From Candidatus Limihabitans stercoravium (GTDB taxonomy: Bacteria > Bacillota > Clostridia > Christensenellales > CAG-314): a stretch of 64,000 nucleotides of DNA. Below, piece by piece: positions 28,140-38,477 of this stretch (position 1 is its first letter; every line of letters starts with the position of its first letter). The position numbers and the translations under genes are program-made. The stretch is taken from the NCBI GenBank assembly GCA_018715495.1, contig DVLO01000022.1, positions 77,172 through 141,171 of the forward strand. The letters are read 5' to 3'. Under the pieces are notes generated by a model. It was given only the letters and a program-made list of their open reading frames with translations. It did no database searches and was not told the origin of the DNA.

Positions 28140-28454
28140 TAGCAAAAAATAATGCTCAGAAGTATTTATTTAAAATGAAATTGATTATATTTTAAAGTCA
28201 CAGAAATTGATAAAATTTAACAAAAAAACAAGTTTGTTTTACAGAAATTACTGCAAAGATAAATCCTTATTCTGTCTGAACGGCTGTTTCAACCAGGTAT
28301 TTTTATGTTTTGGTAAGTCTGTTTTTCAACATAAATTAGCCGTAAAGTCACATTTAAACGTACCTACAAAAGAATCAAATGAATAAAATTTAAACTGATT
28401 GACCTATAAAGACAAGATAAATTGGAACTTTAATTAATAGGATACATAGTCAAA

Positions 28455-29031
28455 AATCATTAATACAAAATCTTGTATAGTTCTAATAAGATCAATTTTA
28501 AAAGCATTTTGTGGTCAAACTTAGCTCAAAAACCACTCAAAATCCCCTATTTAACCCATATCTATTCGCAAAACCTGTCTTTTGCGAATAGATTATATAC
28601 ACATCAGACTCATTATTTTGCAATTTTAACACAAATTTTACAATAAATTCTCTTGTTTTTTAGCAAATTTACACCAATCGGCCTCCTTAGGCAGGCGGCT
28701 TTATTCTTAAACATACCACTTAAAATGCAATATTTTAAAATTACAATCTAGAAAAGTGAAAATTTTTAGTAAATTAAACAAATTAAGTTATTCAATCATC
28801 ACTACGTTCACAGAAAATTACAACCAGATTTCCATTATTTTTTACCTTTAAGTACTGCAAAATGCCGGCAAAACTCACATTTTGAAACCGTAAAATCGAA
28901 CAGACCAGCAGGCAATATTTTAGCATACTCTTTTAATTCCGTTTAATTTTTACTACAATTACAACGTCGAACTTACGAAATTAATTTGTATTGTCCTTAT
29001 TAGTACAATACAAGATTTTGTATTAATGATT
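28455..29031. repeat. 577-bp segment bounded by 36-bp imperfect inverted repeats (MITE-like or invertible-segment-like)
   Basis: Left arm 28455-28490 and the reverse complement of right arm 28996-29031 match at 34 of 36 positions (AATCATTAATACAAAATCTTGTAT..TAATAAG). No ORF of 60 aa or more inside. Confidence 0.8.
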
Positions 29032-29052
29032 GAAGTATAGCACTTTCTCAAA

Positions 29053-29658
29053 TCATCTGTTTTTTTGTGCAACTATAAGTAAATCACGTGTACCAGTCGT
29101 TTCATCCTTGTAATTTTCCAAGCATTGCACTATCTCAAATCCACTTTTATTCAGCAAATTTTTGAGATGATCCAAGTCCAATGCACTGTAATAGAATTTT
29201 TCACCAAACATTTCGCCCACAACTTCGCCGTCTGTTTTTCCATGTGTAAATAGCAAATAACCGCCAGCGTTTAAAAGCGTCCCCAATTTGTTGTAGATTT
29301 TAGCTTGAGCATCATGTTCTATATGCCACAGACTGTCAAAGGCTACCACAGCATCATATTTTTCTTTAGGACAAAAGTTCAAAATATCGCACAACATGAA
29401 TTTACAGTTTGGCAAATTGAGACTACTTGCATGTTCCACCATTTTTTCAGATATATCGATTCCCGTAACATGAAAGCCACTGCAGCTTAAAAACTGTGCA
29501 ATTGGCTGCCCTGTTCCGCATCCGACATCAAGAACTTGAGCGCCAGGCTTAAGCAATTTGCTGAATTCCACTACACATTTGTTAACGGGAGAATTTCTGC
29601 GAAATTCATTCCAATTGTTGAATATATTATTGTAAGCATTATCTACATTCTTGGTCAC
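29053..29658 (-). CDS. Class I SAM-dependent methyltransferase
   Basis: VLDVGCGTGQP motif I. GTG 29658 lies 6 nt after GGGAGGA and is preferred over GTG 29673. Confidence 0.8.
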   Translation of the reverse strand: MTKNVDNAYNNIFNNWNEFRRNSPVNKCVVEFSKLLKPGAQVLDVGCGTGQPIAQFLSCSGFHVTGIDISEKMVEHASSLNLPNCKFMLCDILNFCPKEKYDAVVAFDSLWHIEHDAQAKIYNKLGTLLNAGGYLLFTHGKTDGEVVGEMFGEKFYYSALDLDHLKNLLNKSGFEIVQCLENYKDETTGTRDLLIVAQKNR

Positions 29659-29761
29659 TTTGGATCCTCCCACTTTCGCTACTTCTTATCGAAAAACTCA
29701 AGTTAAACGCTCTCAATAGCAATTTGTGCAATCAAACTTTAATGACTGATGTGCCATAATA

Positions 29762-29792
29762 TAAAAGCAGGCAAACCGTTACGTTTGCCTGC
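29762..29792 (-). terminator. Intrinsic terminator after rny
   Basis: GCAGGCAAAC / GTTTGCCTGC stem followed by TTTTAT on the minus strand. Confidence 0.8.
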
Positions 29793-29801
29793 CTGTAATT
29801 T

Positions 29802-31406
29802 TTACTTTGCGTAGTCTACACTGCGTGTTTCACGAATTACGTTTACCTTGATTTGTCCGGGGTATTCCAATTCGCTTTCAATCTTTTTCGCAATATCGTG
29901 CGCCAGAAGTACTGTTGTTTCGTCATTGACAACTTCAGGCTTTACCATGATACGAATTTCACGTCCTGCCTGAACAGCATATGTCTTTTGTACACCTTCG
30001 AAAGAATTAGCAATTTCTTCAAGACGTTCAAGACGCTTAACATAGTTTTCAATAGATTCACGTCTTGCCCCGGGACGTGCGCCGGAAACAGCATCTGCTG
30101 CTGCTACAATTACAGCTTCCATTGTCATTGGCTCTACGTCACCATGGTGAGACAGAATGCAGTTGACAACTTCCTTGCTTTCCTTGTATTTCTTAGCAAG
30201 ATCACCGCCGATCTGCATGTGAGTTCCCTCAACCTCCTGGTCAACGGCCTTACCAATGTCGTGAAGCAATGCACCACGTTTAGCCAAGTTAACGTCCAAT
30301 CCCAGTTCAGATGCAATAATACCTGCGATATAGGAAACTTCAATTGAGTGATTGAGCACGTTTTGTCCGTAGGAAGTACGGTACTTAAGTCTGCCAAGCA
30401 ACTTGATCAATTCGGGATGTAATCCAAACACACCTGTGTCGAATGATGCCGCTTCGCCTGCATCCTTGATTGTGATGTCCATATCACGCTTTACCTTTTC
30501 CACCATTTCTTCAATACGTGCGGGATGGATACGACCGTCAGCAATCAGTTTTTCTATTGTGATACGTGCGATCTGTCTTCTGACAGGATCAAATCCCGAC
30601 AAAATTACTACTTCGGGAGTGTCGTCGATTATAAGTTCTACGCCCGTTGCATTTTCCAAAGCACGGATGTTACGTCCTTCACGACCGATCAGTCTGCCCT
30701 TCATGTCGTCGCTGGGCAACGGAACTGTAGTGATTGTTGTTTCAGAAACCTGATCGCTTGCACATCTCTGAATTGCCATACTGACAATTTCACGGGCCTT
30801 GATTTCCGCTGTTTCTTTAGCTTCAGCTTCAATCTTTCTAACCAGACCTGCAGCGTCCTTACGGGCATCGGATGTGATGGATTCAATAAGAATCTGTTTA
30901 GCTTCCTCTTTGGTAAGACTTGCAACTCTTTCAAGTTCAGCTTCTATTCTTTCCGAAGACTTCTCCAATTCCTGTTGACGTTTGTTGAGTTCGTTTTGTT
31001 GAGAAGAAATGTGCTTCTGTTGGATGTCCAGCTGGTCAATCTTTTTAAGTACAATTTCTTCCTTTTTATCCAGGGCTTCTTCTTTTTGATTAAGACGGTT
31101 TTCCTGACGTTGAAGTTCCTGGTTCTTTTCACGAACTTGTCTGTCGTGTTCTTGTTTAAGTTTGTGAGCTTCTTCTCTTGCCTCTAAAATGGCTTCTTTC
31201 TTTAAAGCCTTTGCTTCAATGTTGGCATTGTCAACGATTGCTTGTGCTTCGGCCTTAGTTGTACCAATTTTCTTGTCTCTAACATATTTATGGATATACA
31301 TCCCCAAGGCACCACCTGCGCACAAACAGAGAATGCCTACGATTACGGGAATTAACCAGGTAAGTAAGTTGGATTCAGCAAGGAAGAAAAACGCAATGTG
31401 ATTCAT
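29802..31406 (-). CDS. rny: Ribonuclease Y
   Basis: N-terminal TM, long coiled-coil (E/K/Q-rich), KH domain ([12 protein letters not shown]) and HD domain (HSIEV...LLHDIGK). Confidence 0.95.
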   Translation of the reverse strand: MNHIAFFFLAESNLLTWLIPVIVGILCLCAGGALGMYIHKYVRDKKIGTTKAEAQAIVDNANIEAKALKKEAILEAREEAHKLKQEHDRQVREKNQELQRQENRLNQKEEALDKKEEIVLKKIDQLDIQQKHISSQQNELNKRQQELEKSSERIEAELERVASLTKEEAKQILIESITSDARKDAAGLVRKIEAEAKETAEIKAREIVSMAIQRCASDQVSETTITTVPLPSDDMKGRLIGREGRNIRALENATGVELIIDDTPEVVILSGFDPVRRQIARITIEKLIADGRIHPARIEEMVEKVKRDMDITIKDAGEAASFDTGVFGLHPELIKLLGRLKYRTSYGQNVLNHSIEVSYIAGIIASELGLDVNLAKRGALLHDIGKAVDQEVEGTHMQIGGDLAKKYKESKEVVNCILSHHGDVEPMTMEAVIVAAADAVSGARPGARRESIENYVKRLERLEEIANSFEGVQKTYAVQAGREIRIMVKPEVVNDETTVLLAHDIAKKIESELEYPGQIKVNVIRETRSVDYAK

Positions 31407-31628
31407 GTAAGTTTTTCTCCTTTAAATTTTTCAGGTTGAAATTACAAAATTCCAACAAATACATTTTAATGTATTTTGTACACATTGTCAAGGTGTAAAG
31501 TGTAAGAATTTACATATATTTAAAAAACCTTGAAATTTTAAATATTCCAGCATTTAAATATTTCGACAAAGCAAATCGACGCAACACTTTTTTGTTATTA
31601 AAGACGATCAAGATTAAAATAAATCAAT

Positions 31629-31663
31629 GAAAAACACCATACTATGTTTAAAATAGTATGGTG
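31629..31663 (-). terminator. Intrinsic terminator after the ynbB-like gene
   Basis: CACCATACTAT / ATAGTATGGTG stem followed by T5 on the minus strand. Confidence 0.8.
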
Positions 31664-31697
31664 CAAATGCCATAAAATGATAGTTGTTAACACAAAA

Positions 31698-32909
31698 TCA
31701 GTTCAAATTTAGCGATTCAAGAACTTTTTCCAATGCAATTATTCCATGTTCAAGAGTTACACCACCTTGAAGGTAACCAATGTACGGAGCTCTGATCGGA
31801 CCGTCACAACTCAGTTCTATTGATGCCCCTTGTACAAAACACCCCGCCGCCATGATTACTTCATCATTATATCCCGGCATTGCCCAAGGCTCAGGAGTAA
31901 CATAACTGTCAACAGGAGAAACATACTGCACAGCCTGCACGAAATTGACAAGTTTTTTAGCATCTCCAAATTTAATGGAACATACAATGTCGTAAAACTT
32001 TTCGTTAGGCTGCGGTTTCACATCGTAACCTAACGACGACAAAACAGAACTGAACAATGTAGCTGTCTTTAAACTTTGCGCAACAACATGCGGAGCGAGG
32101 AAAAGGCCCTGATAAAAATTGCGGTAGCCTGCGGCATATGATCCTACTTCCATTCCTACAGTAGGCGCAGTCAGTCTTCCTGCAATGCGGTCAATGTACT
32201 TTTGCTTTCCTACGATGTAACCTCCTGTCGGGGCAATAGAACCGCCAGGATTTTTTATCAGCGATCCGATAGCAACGTCAACGCCTGCATCCGTAGGTTC
32301 TTCGGTTTCTACAAATTCACCGTAGCAATTGTCTGTCACAATACAGCAATCTGTCTTCGTACGAACAAAATTGACAGCGGCACGAATGTCCTCAACGGAA
32401 AAGGCGTCACGCCATTCATATCCTCTTGAACGCTGAATATAGACAACTGCAGGATTGTATCTTTCAATAGATTTCCCTATTGCATCAAAATCCATTTTGC
32501 CGCCCTTCAGGCTTACGCTATAGAAGTTCACACCGAAATCCTTCAAACTTCCTTCACTGCCCTCAATTACACCATGTAATGTATCGTAAGGAGCGCCCGT
32601 TATGCTGAGAATGACATCACCACTCTTGACTAAACCAAACAGCGCAATTGTTATCGCATGCGTTCCCGACGTGATCAGCGGACTGACTACAGCCTTTTCA
32701 GTATTAAACACGTCTGCAAAGACACGGCACAGATTATCACGACCTTCATCATCATACCCGTAGCCGCTTGTTCCGTTGAAATGTCTCAATGCAACTCTGT
32801 TTTTGCGAAAAGCGTCTAGAACTTTCTTCTGGTTACAAAGGGCTACACGGTCAATTTCATCAAACTGTTTTTTACACTTTTCTATATGTTCTTTAATTAA
32901 ATTGTTCAT
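31698..32909 (-). CDS. ynbB: Methionine gamma-lyase family protein (YnbB, 'aluminium resistance' family), PLP-dependent
   Basis: GTSGYGYDDEGRD...SGTHAI...IQRSRGY...GSLIKNPGG pattern is characteristic of the family. Confidence 0.8.
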   Translation of the reverse strand: MNNLIKEHIEKCKKQFDEIDRVALCNQKKVLDAFRKNRVALRHFNGTSGYGYDDEGRDNLCRVFADVFNTEKAVVSPLITSGTHAITIALFGLVKSGDVILSITGAPYDTLHGVIEGSEGSLKDFGVNFYSVSLKGGKMDFDAIGKSIERYNPAVVYIQRSRGYEWRDAFSVEDIRAAVNFVRTKTDCCIVTDNCYGEFVETEEPTDAGVDVAIGSLIKNPGGSIAPTGGYIVGKQKYIDRIAGRLTAPTVGMEVGSYAAGYRNFYQGLFLAPHVVAQSLKTATLFSSVLSSLGYDVKPQPNEKFYDIVCSIKFGDAKKLVNFVQAVQYVSPVDSYVTPEPWAMPGYNDEVIMAAGCFVQGASIELSCDGPIRAPYIGYLQGGVTLEHGIIALEKVLESLNLN

Positions 32910-32994
32910 TTCTCACCTTACTATTACAATAATAGTACCTTGCGTTCAACATATCTTTTGAAATATTTATCTCAAAAAAAAACTCTAATCTATT

Positions 32995-33891
32995 TCACAT
33001 CGTATAATCGCAAGCAATGAAATCTGCCACTTTTTCTACACCACCAAACGTCTGAACGTCAATCCATTGTGCGTCAAGCCGTTTGAAATAGGTAAGCTGT
33101 CTCTTGATGTAATGTCTGGTATTTATCTTAAGACGCTCTATTGCTTCGCTCAAGGAACACTTCCCGTCAAGAAAACTGACAATTTCCTTATACCCTATTG
33201 CCTGCATGGAAGTACTGTTTCGACAATTGTATTTACGCAAAATGCCTGCGACCTCATCAACCAAGCCATCTCTCACCATCTTGTCGACACGCCTGTCGGA
33301 ATTTTCATACAGAAATTGTCTGTCCGCAGTAAGAACATAGAGTTTATGGTCAAAAGCACACTTGCGCTTACCCTGCCCCTGCGATTTCTTCTGCCCCGAC
33401 ATGGCTATTTCAAGGGCACGGATTACTCTTTTAATATTGTTGCGATCAATGGTCTCAAACGTTTCGTAATCCATCTCACTAAGCATTTGCCACAATTTTT
33501 CCCTACCGAATTGCCGGTAGATTGTCTGCAACTCACGACGAATTTCGGCAGTCTGCTCGCCCCCTGCAAAATCAAGCGGATATATCAGACAATCGAAATA
33601 AAAGCCCGTGCCACCCGCCATAACAACATTTTCAAGGTGAGCCACACTGCGCACGGCACCGTCACAGTAATCCTGCGCTGAGAAATCTACATCAGGGGTG
33701 ACGACATCAATCATGTGATGAGGAATCCCCTGCATCTCCTCTTTAGTTACTTTAGCCGTGCCGATGTTCATGTCCTTGTATACCTGCATGGAATCTGCCG
33801 ACAAAATTTCAAGATTGAGCCTTTTAGCAACCTCTACCGCCGTTGCACTCTTGCCTACACCTGTAGGTCCTAAAATTCCCAGTATTTTCAA
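32995..33891 (-). CDS. miaA: tRNA dimethylallyltransferase
   Basis: P-loop GPTGVGKS, DSMQVYKDMNIGTAK and PHHMIDV. Start uncertain. TTG 33891 is chosen just after the mutL stop; the ORF is open to 33945. Confidence 0.9.
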   Translation of the reverse strand: MKILGILGPTGVGKSATAVEVAKRLNLEILSADSMQVYKDMNIGTAKVTKEEMQGIPHHMIDVVTPDVDFSAQDYCDGAVRSVAHLENVVMAGGTGFYFDCLIYPLDFAGGEQTAEIRRELQTIYRQFGREKLWQMLSEMDYETFETIDRNNIKRVIRALEIAMSGQKKSQGQGKRKCAFDHKLYVLTADRQFLYENSDRRVDKMVRDGLVDEVAGILRKYNCRNSTSMQAIGYKEIVSFLDGKCSLSEAIERLKINTRHYIKRQLTYFKRLDAQWIDVQTFGGVEKVADFIACDYTM

Positions 33892-33895
33892 GACA

Positions 33896-35893
33896 CTACA
33901 CCAACCTTTTGAACATCTTTTCCAGTTGCGACTTAGTATATACAACGGTTATGGGACGTCCATGAGGACATTGCACCGCCTTATTGTCAACGATTTGCTG
34001 CACAAGATATTTTATTTCACGATTAGACATTGTGTAGCCCGCCTTGATAGCCTGACGGCAGGCACGTTTAGCAAGTTCTTCCTTGATGAGTTGCTTGCTT
34101 TCTATCTTTTCCCCAACCTTACTTACAAGGAAGCGTACAAATATGCGCATGTCAACATCGACGAACATGGAAGCAACTCTCTCAATTCGGAAAGTGTTGG
34201 TGCCGAACGGTTTTACTTCAAATCCCGCTTCACTTAAGAATGGCAAATTTTCTTCAATGTGTTGAGCTTCTTCTTCAGTAACAGTAAACACATAGGGAAA
34301 CATCATGTCCTGCATTGGCAGCTTGTCGGTACTGGACATGTACTTGTCAAACAGTATTCTTTCATGAGCGGCATGTTGATCTATCATTACAAACTTGTCA
34401 CCTACTTCCAGCAGTAGATAGGTATTAAACAAGATACCAAGAATACGCACGCCCTGATAGTAAAGGTCATCACATTCTTCTTCCTGTGACTGCTGTTCGA
34501 CGGGTTCTTTAAAGTCCTCTTCAAACTCTGCGTAAACCGTTGTGGGAGGCTGAACTTCCTGTTCCTGAGGTTTGGACTGTTGTATTTCAGCAGGTTTGGC
34601 ATCGCTGCGATAAAGAACTGCTTCGCTGTAATGTCCTAGTCTTGCTTTATTCTGAGCAAGTGCATCTTCATATGTAATGCTTTCCAGTTTCTTTATAAAG
34701 TCCTGAAATTTCTTTTCACGTTCTTCACGAATATCATGCTCATCTATTTTATTGATAGCATCAATCTGACCGGGCAAAAGCGTTTCACCCTCAAAACCGT
34801 CAAGATTTTTAAAGAAGTCGTTTTGCATTGTAACAGGCTTTACGTATTCCAGAGGAGTTGGTTCTTGTTTAGGAGTAGTCGACAAAAGATTGTCAATTTT
34901 TTCTTCGCTGTATTTTTTGAGAGCCTGTTTTATCGGGTAATGAACGGCACTGAACACCTTGTTCTTGTCTGCAAAACGCACTTCCATTTTGCTGGGATGA
35001 ACGTTTACATCCACTTCATCAAAAGGCAGTTCTACATGCAACACAAAGAACGGATAGTTTCTTGTCATCAGATATGACGAAAAGGCTTGTTTTACTGCTG
35101 TCTGAATTGTGATATCTCTGACGTATCTGCCGTTTACAGTCATCGTCTGGTAAGTGCTGTTCGCCTTAGTATAGTCAGGCGTTCCGACGTAACCTTTCAC
35201 AACAACATTGTGGTATTCGGAACAGATCTGCAAACAGTTTTTATAGCAGTCTGCACCATACACGCAGTAAATAGCCTCCTCCGCACCGCCACCTTTAAAT
35301 TGAAATACATACTTGCCGTTGAGCATGTAGTTGATTTCCAACATATCGTTGCACAAAATAAGACGGGCAACAAACTGTGTTATTTCGCTGTTTTCCTTGG
35401 AAGTCGAACGCAAAAACTTCTTGCGGGCTGGAGTATTGTAAAACAAGTCGCTTACGGTGACGCTTGTTCCCGTATTTGCCGAACAGTAAGTCTTTGAAGT
35501 GATGACACCCTCTTCCACAGTCACTTTTACAGCGGTATCGGTAAAAGGCGTTTTTGTGACCATTTCCACATGCGAAACAGATGAGATACTTGACAAAGCT
35601 TCCCCTCTGAATCCCAGCGTTTCAATGCCGTCAAGCTGATCGGCGGTCAACAACTTACTTGTTGCATGTTTCAAAAATGCCGCAACAAGGTCGTCCTCTT
35701 CGATACCACAACCGTTGTCCGATACGGTAATACTGCCCTGACCTTCATCACTGACAACAATGTCAATTCGGGATGCTCCTGCGTCAATGCTGTTTTCAAC
35801 AAGCTCCTTGACTACAGAACAGGGGCGTTCTACTACTTCTCCTGCCGCTATTTTGTTGTAAACTTCACTTTTGAGTATGTTTATCTTAGCCAT
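33896..35893 (-). CDS. mutL: DNA mismatch repair protein MutL
   Basis: GHKL ATPase N-terminus (IAAGEVVERPCSVVKELVENSIDAG, DNGCGI), C-terminal dimerisation domain and QHAAHERI. Confidence 0.95.
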   Translation of the reverse strand: MAKINILKSEVYNKIAAGEVVERPCSVVKELVENSIDAGASRIDIVVSDEGQGSITVSDNGCGIEEDDLVAAFLKHATSKLLTADQLDGIETLGFRGEALSSISSVSHVEMVTKTPFTDTAVKVTVEEGVITSKTYCSANTGTSVTVSDLFYNTPARKKFLRSTSKENSEITQFVARLILCNDMLEINYMLNGKYVFQFKGGGAEEAIYCVYGADCYKNCLQICSEYHNVVVKGYVGTPDYTKANSTYQTMTVNGRYVRDITIQTAVKQAFSSYLMTRNYPFFVLHVELPFDEVDVNVHPSKMEVRFADKNKVFSAVHYPIKQALKKYSEEKIDNLLSTTPKQEPTPLEYVKPVTMQNDFFKNLDGFEGETLLPGQIDAINKIDEHDIREEREKKFQDFIKKLESITYEDALAQNKARLGHYSEAVLYRSDAKPAEIQQSKPQEQEVQPPTTVYAEFEEDFKEPVEQQSQEEECDDLYYQGVRILGILFNTYLLLEVGDKFVMIDQHAAHERILFDKYMSSTDKLPMQDMMFPYVFTVTEEEAQHIEENLPFLSEAGFEVKPFGTNTFRIERVASMFVDVDMRIFVRFLVSKVGEKIESKQLIKEELAKRACRQAIKAGYTMSNREIKYLVQQIVDNKAVQCPHGRPITVVYTKSQLEKMFKRLV

Positions 35894-38477
35894 TTTTTAC
35901 CCTTTTTACCAAATCGTTGAGAATGTCAAATGCTTCAATTGGAGTACATCTGTTGATGTCGATATCCCTCAATATAGACACCACTTCACGCTGCGCACGG
36001 TCGTTTTCCTTTTTATACTGCGATTGTTCGATATCATCAAGTTTAAAGTTGATATCGCTGTTTTCAAGCATCTTGACAATCTGTCTTGCCCTGTCGCAAA
36101 TTTCCGACGGAACTCCGGCAAGCCCGGCAACTTCGATACCGAAACTCTTGTTGGCTCCGCCACGTGTGATTGTGTGAAGGAATATCACTGAACCGTTGTA
36201 TTCCTTGACATTTATTTTATAGTTCTTGACCCCCGGAACACGACCTTCAAGTTCAGTCAATTCATGGTAATGAGTTGCAAACAACGTTTTTGCACATATG
36301 TTCTGTGAAACGTATTCCATTATCGCCCAAGCAATGGACAATCCGTCAAATGTAGATGTTCCTCTGCCAACTTCGTCCAATATGATGAGACTGTTTTTAG
36401 TTGCGTTATTTACAATGTTTGCAACTTCTACCATTTCTACCATGAATGTACTTTGGTTAAAGGAAAGATCATCAGACGCTCCAACACGTGTAAAAATCTT
36501 ATCCACAATGGGAACAAGCGCACTTCTTGCCGGAACAAAACTACCCATATGTGCCATGAGTGTAATCAGTGCAACCTGTCTCATATAGGTGCTCTTACCC
36601 GCCATGTTCGGTCCCGTGATAACCATTGTGCGGTTTTCATCGGTGTCAAGCAGCGTATCATTGGTAATGAATGCATCGCCACGCAAAAAACTTTCCACCA
36701 CAGGGTGTCTGCCCTCTGTAATGACCAAACGGCTGTCCTTCGTGTTTATTGTAGGCTTGACGTAATTGTTAACTACAGCTACCTTTGCCAACGAACACAA
36801 ACAATCAAGACAGGCAATCGAATAGGATGCCTTTTGCAACGATGGTATGTACTGCAGCAGGTGATTGCGAACCTCTTCAAAAAGAGACTTTTCCATTTTT
36901 TCACGCTTTTCTTCGGCAGTGAGTATCTCTTCTTCCAACTCTTTGAGACGTGGACTGACGTATCTTTCTCCGTTTGTCAGCGTTTGCTTTCTTATAAAAT
37001 CATCAGGAGCAAGATTCTTGAATGAATTGGATATTTCGAAGTAGTAACCAAACACTCTGTTGTATCCAAGTTTCAGCGTACGTATTCCGGTGCGGTTGCG
37101 CTCATACTCTTCCAGTTCGCTGATCATTTTCTTTCCGTTAGTGGCAAGATTTACCAGCCTGTCAAGTTCGCTATTGAAACCTTCTTTTATGTAACCGCCT
37201 TCTTTTAACAATTGCGGCGCATTAGAAACAATGGCCTTGTCAAGATAACCGTACAAATCTGCAAAATCATCAATTTGTTCAGCAAGCGATTGCAAGACCT
37301 TACATTTGCGTGAAGCAACAAGTTTCTTGATTTCAGGAATGTTCTGCAACGACGACTGCAATATATTGCAATCTCTTGGGGTAAGGTTGTTGTAGGAAAT
37401 CTTACCGGCAAGTCTTTCAATGTCCTTGACAGATGAAAGAAGTTTTATCATACCGTCACGCAATATGAAGTCGGAATACAGTTCTTCCACTCCTTCTAGT
37501 CTGCGATTTATTGCCTTGAGTGACTGCAACGGACGGTCAATCCAGTTGGCAAGCATGCGTGCACCCATGCTTGTAGACGTCTTGTCCAACAACCACAGCA
37601 AACTTCCCTTACGCTTGTTGTCGTTAGCCGAAACTGTCAGCTCAAGATTTCGTCTGGTCTTGATGTCAATGGACATGTAGTCTTTTTCCACCAGCACACG
37701 AATTGACTTTAAGTGCGTGAGTTTGCGTTTTTGCGTTTCATTGACGTAAGCAAGAAGCGCCCCGCAAGCGGATACTGCAAGTTTCTTACCCTTGATTCCA
37801 AATCCGTCCATTGTCAGGACATCGTATTGAGTCAGCACGCATTTTTGTGCGGTCTTATATTCAAATGCACTGTCATTGTACAGCGTCAGTTCGGGAACAA
37901 AACCGGCCTTGACACACTCAAGAGAACCATTAAAAGGCATTGCGTCGCTGTTAGCAATTATTTCACTTGGTTTATAAGACACCAACAACTCCTGCAACTC
38001 TTTAACTGCCCTGAATCCGTCAAATTGTTGCGCAACAAACTCACCGGTTGTAATGTCACAAATAGCGCAACCTACCACATCGTCTTTTAGCGCAATGGCA
38101 CAAATAAAGTTATTGCGTTTTTCTTCCAGAACAGAGCCTTCCATTACAGTGCCGGGGGTAATCACACGCAGCACACCACGCTCAACCATTCCCTTTCCGG
38201 TTGGTTCAGTGAGTTGTTCACAGATTGCCACCTTTTGTCCTGCTTCAACAAGTTTTGCAATATAGTTGTCTACAGCGTGATACGGAACACCACACATCGG
38301 CGCACGCTGATTGTCTCCACAATCACGCTTTGTCAATACTAGATCAAGTATTTCACTTGCTTTCTCAGCATCCTCAAAAAACATTTCGTAGAAGTCTCCA
38401 AGCCTGTACAACAGAATACAGTCTGGATACTGTGCCTTTGTTTTAAGATAATGCGACATCATTGGTGAGTAGCCCAT
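35886..38477 (-). CDS. mutS: DNA mismatch repair protein MutS
   Basis: N-terminal mismatch-binding region (SPMMSHYLKTKAQYPDCILLYRLGDFYEMF) and Walker A GPNMAGKST. Confidence 0.97.
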   Translation of the reverse strand: MGYSPMMSHYLKTKAQYPDCILLYRLGDFYEMFFEDAEKASEILDLVLTKRDCGDNQRAPMCGVPYHAVDNYIAKLVEAGQKVAICEQLTEPTGKGMVERGVLRVITPGTVMEGSVLEEKRNNFICAIALKDDVVGCAICDITTGEFVAQQFDGFRAVKELQELLVSYKPSEIIANSDAMPFNGSLECVKAGFVPELTLYNDSAFEYKTAQKCVLTQYDVLTMDGFGIKGKKLAVSACGALLAYVNETQKRKLTHLKSIRVLVEKDYMSIDIKTRRNLELTVSANDNKRKGSLLWLLDKTSTSMGARMLANWIDRPLQSLKAINRRLEGVEELYSDFILRDGMIKLLSSVKDIERLAGKISYNNLTPRDCNILQSSLQNIPEIKKLVASRKCKVLQSLAEQIDDFADLYGYLDKAIVSNAPQLLKEGGYIKEGFNSELDRLVNLATNGKKMISELEEYERNRTGIRTLKLGYNRVFGYYFEISNSFKNLAPDDFIRKQTLTNGERYVSPRLKELEEEILTAEEKREKMEKSLFEEVRNHLLQYIPSLQKASYSIACLDCLCSLAKVAVVNNYVKPTINTKDSRLVITEGRHPVVESFLRGDAFITNDTLLDTDENRTMVITGPNMAGKSTYMRQVALITLMAHMGSFVPARSALVPIVDKIFTRVGASDDLSFNQSTFMVEMVEVANIVNNATKNSLIILDEVGRGTSTFDGLSIAWAIMEYVSQNICAKTLFATHYHELTELEGRVPGVKNYKINVKEYNGSVIFLHTITRGGANKSFGIEVAGLAGVPSEICDRARQIVKMLENSDINFKLDDIEQSQYKKENDRAQREVVSILRDIDINRCTPIEAFDILNDLVKRVKNG

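Noticed and set aside
28140-29052. CRISPR array, rRNA, tmRNA, RNase P or SRP RNA hidden in the two ORF-free gaps (also 42132-43001).
   Set aside because: There are no regularly spaced direct repeats. I saw none of the conserved cores I know, such as the RNase P GGAAAGTCCGG-type motif or a tmRNA tag region. Covariance-model scans are still needed for a definitive answer.
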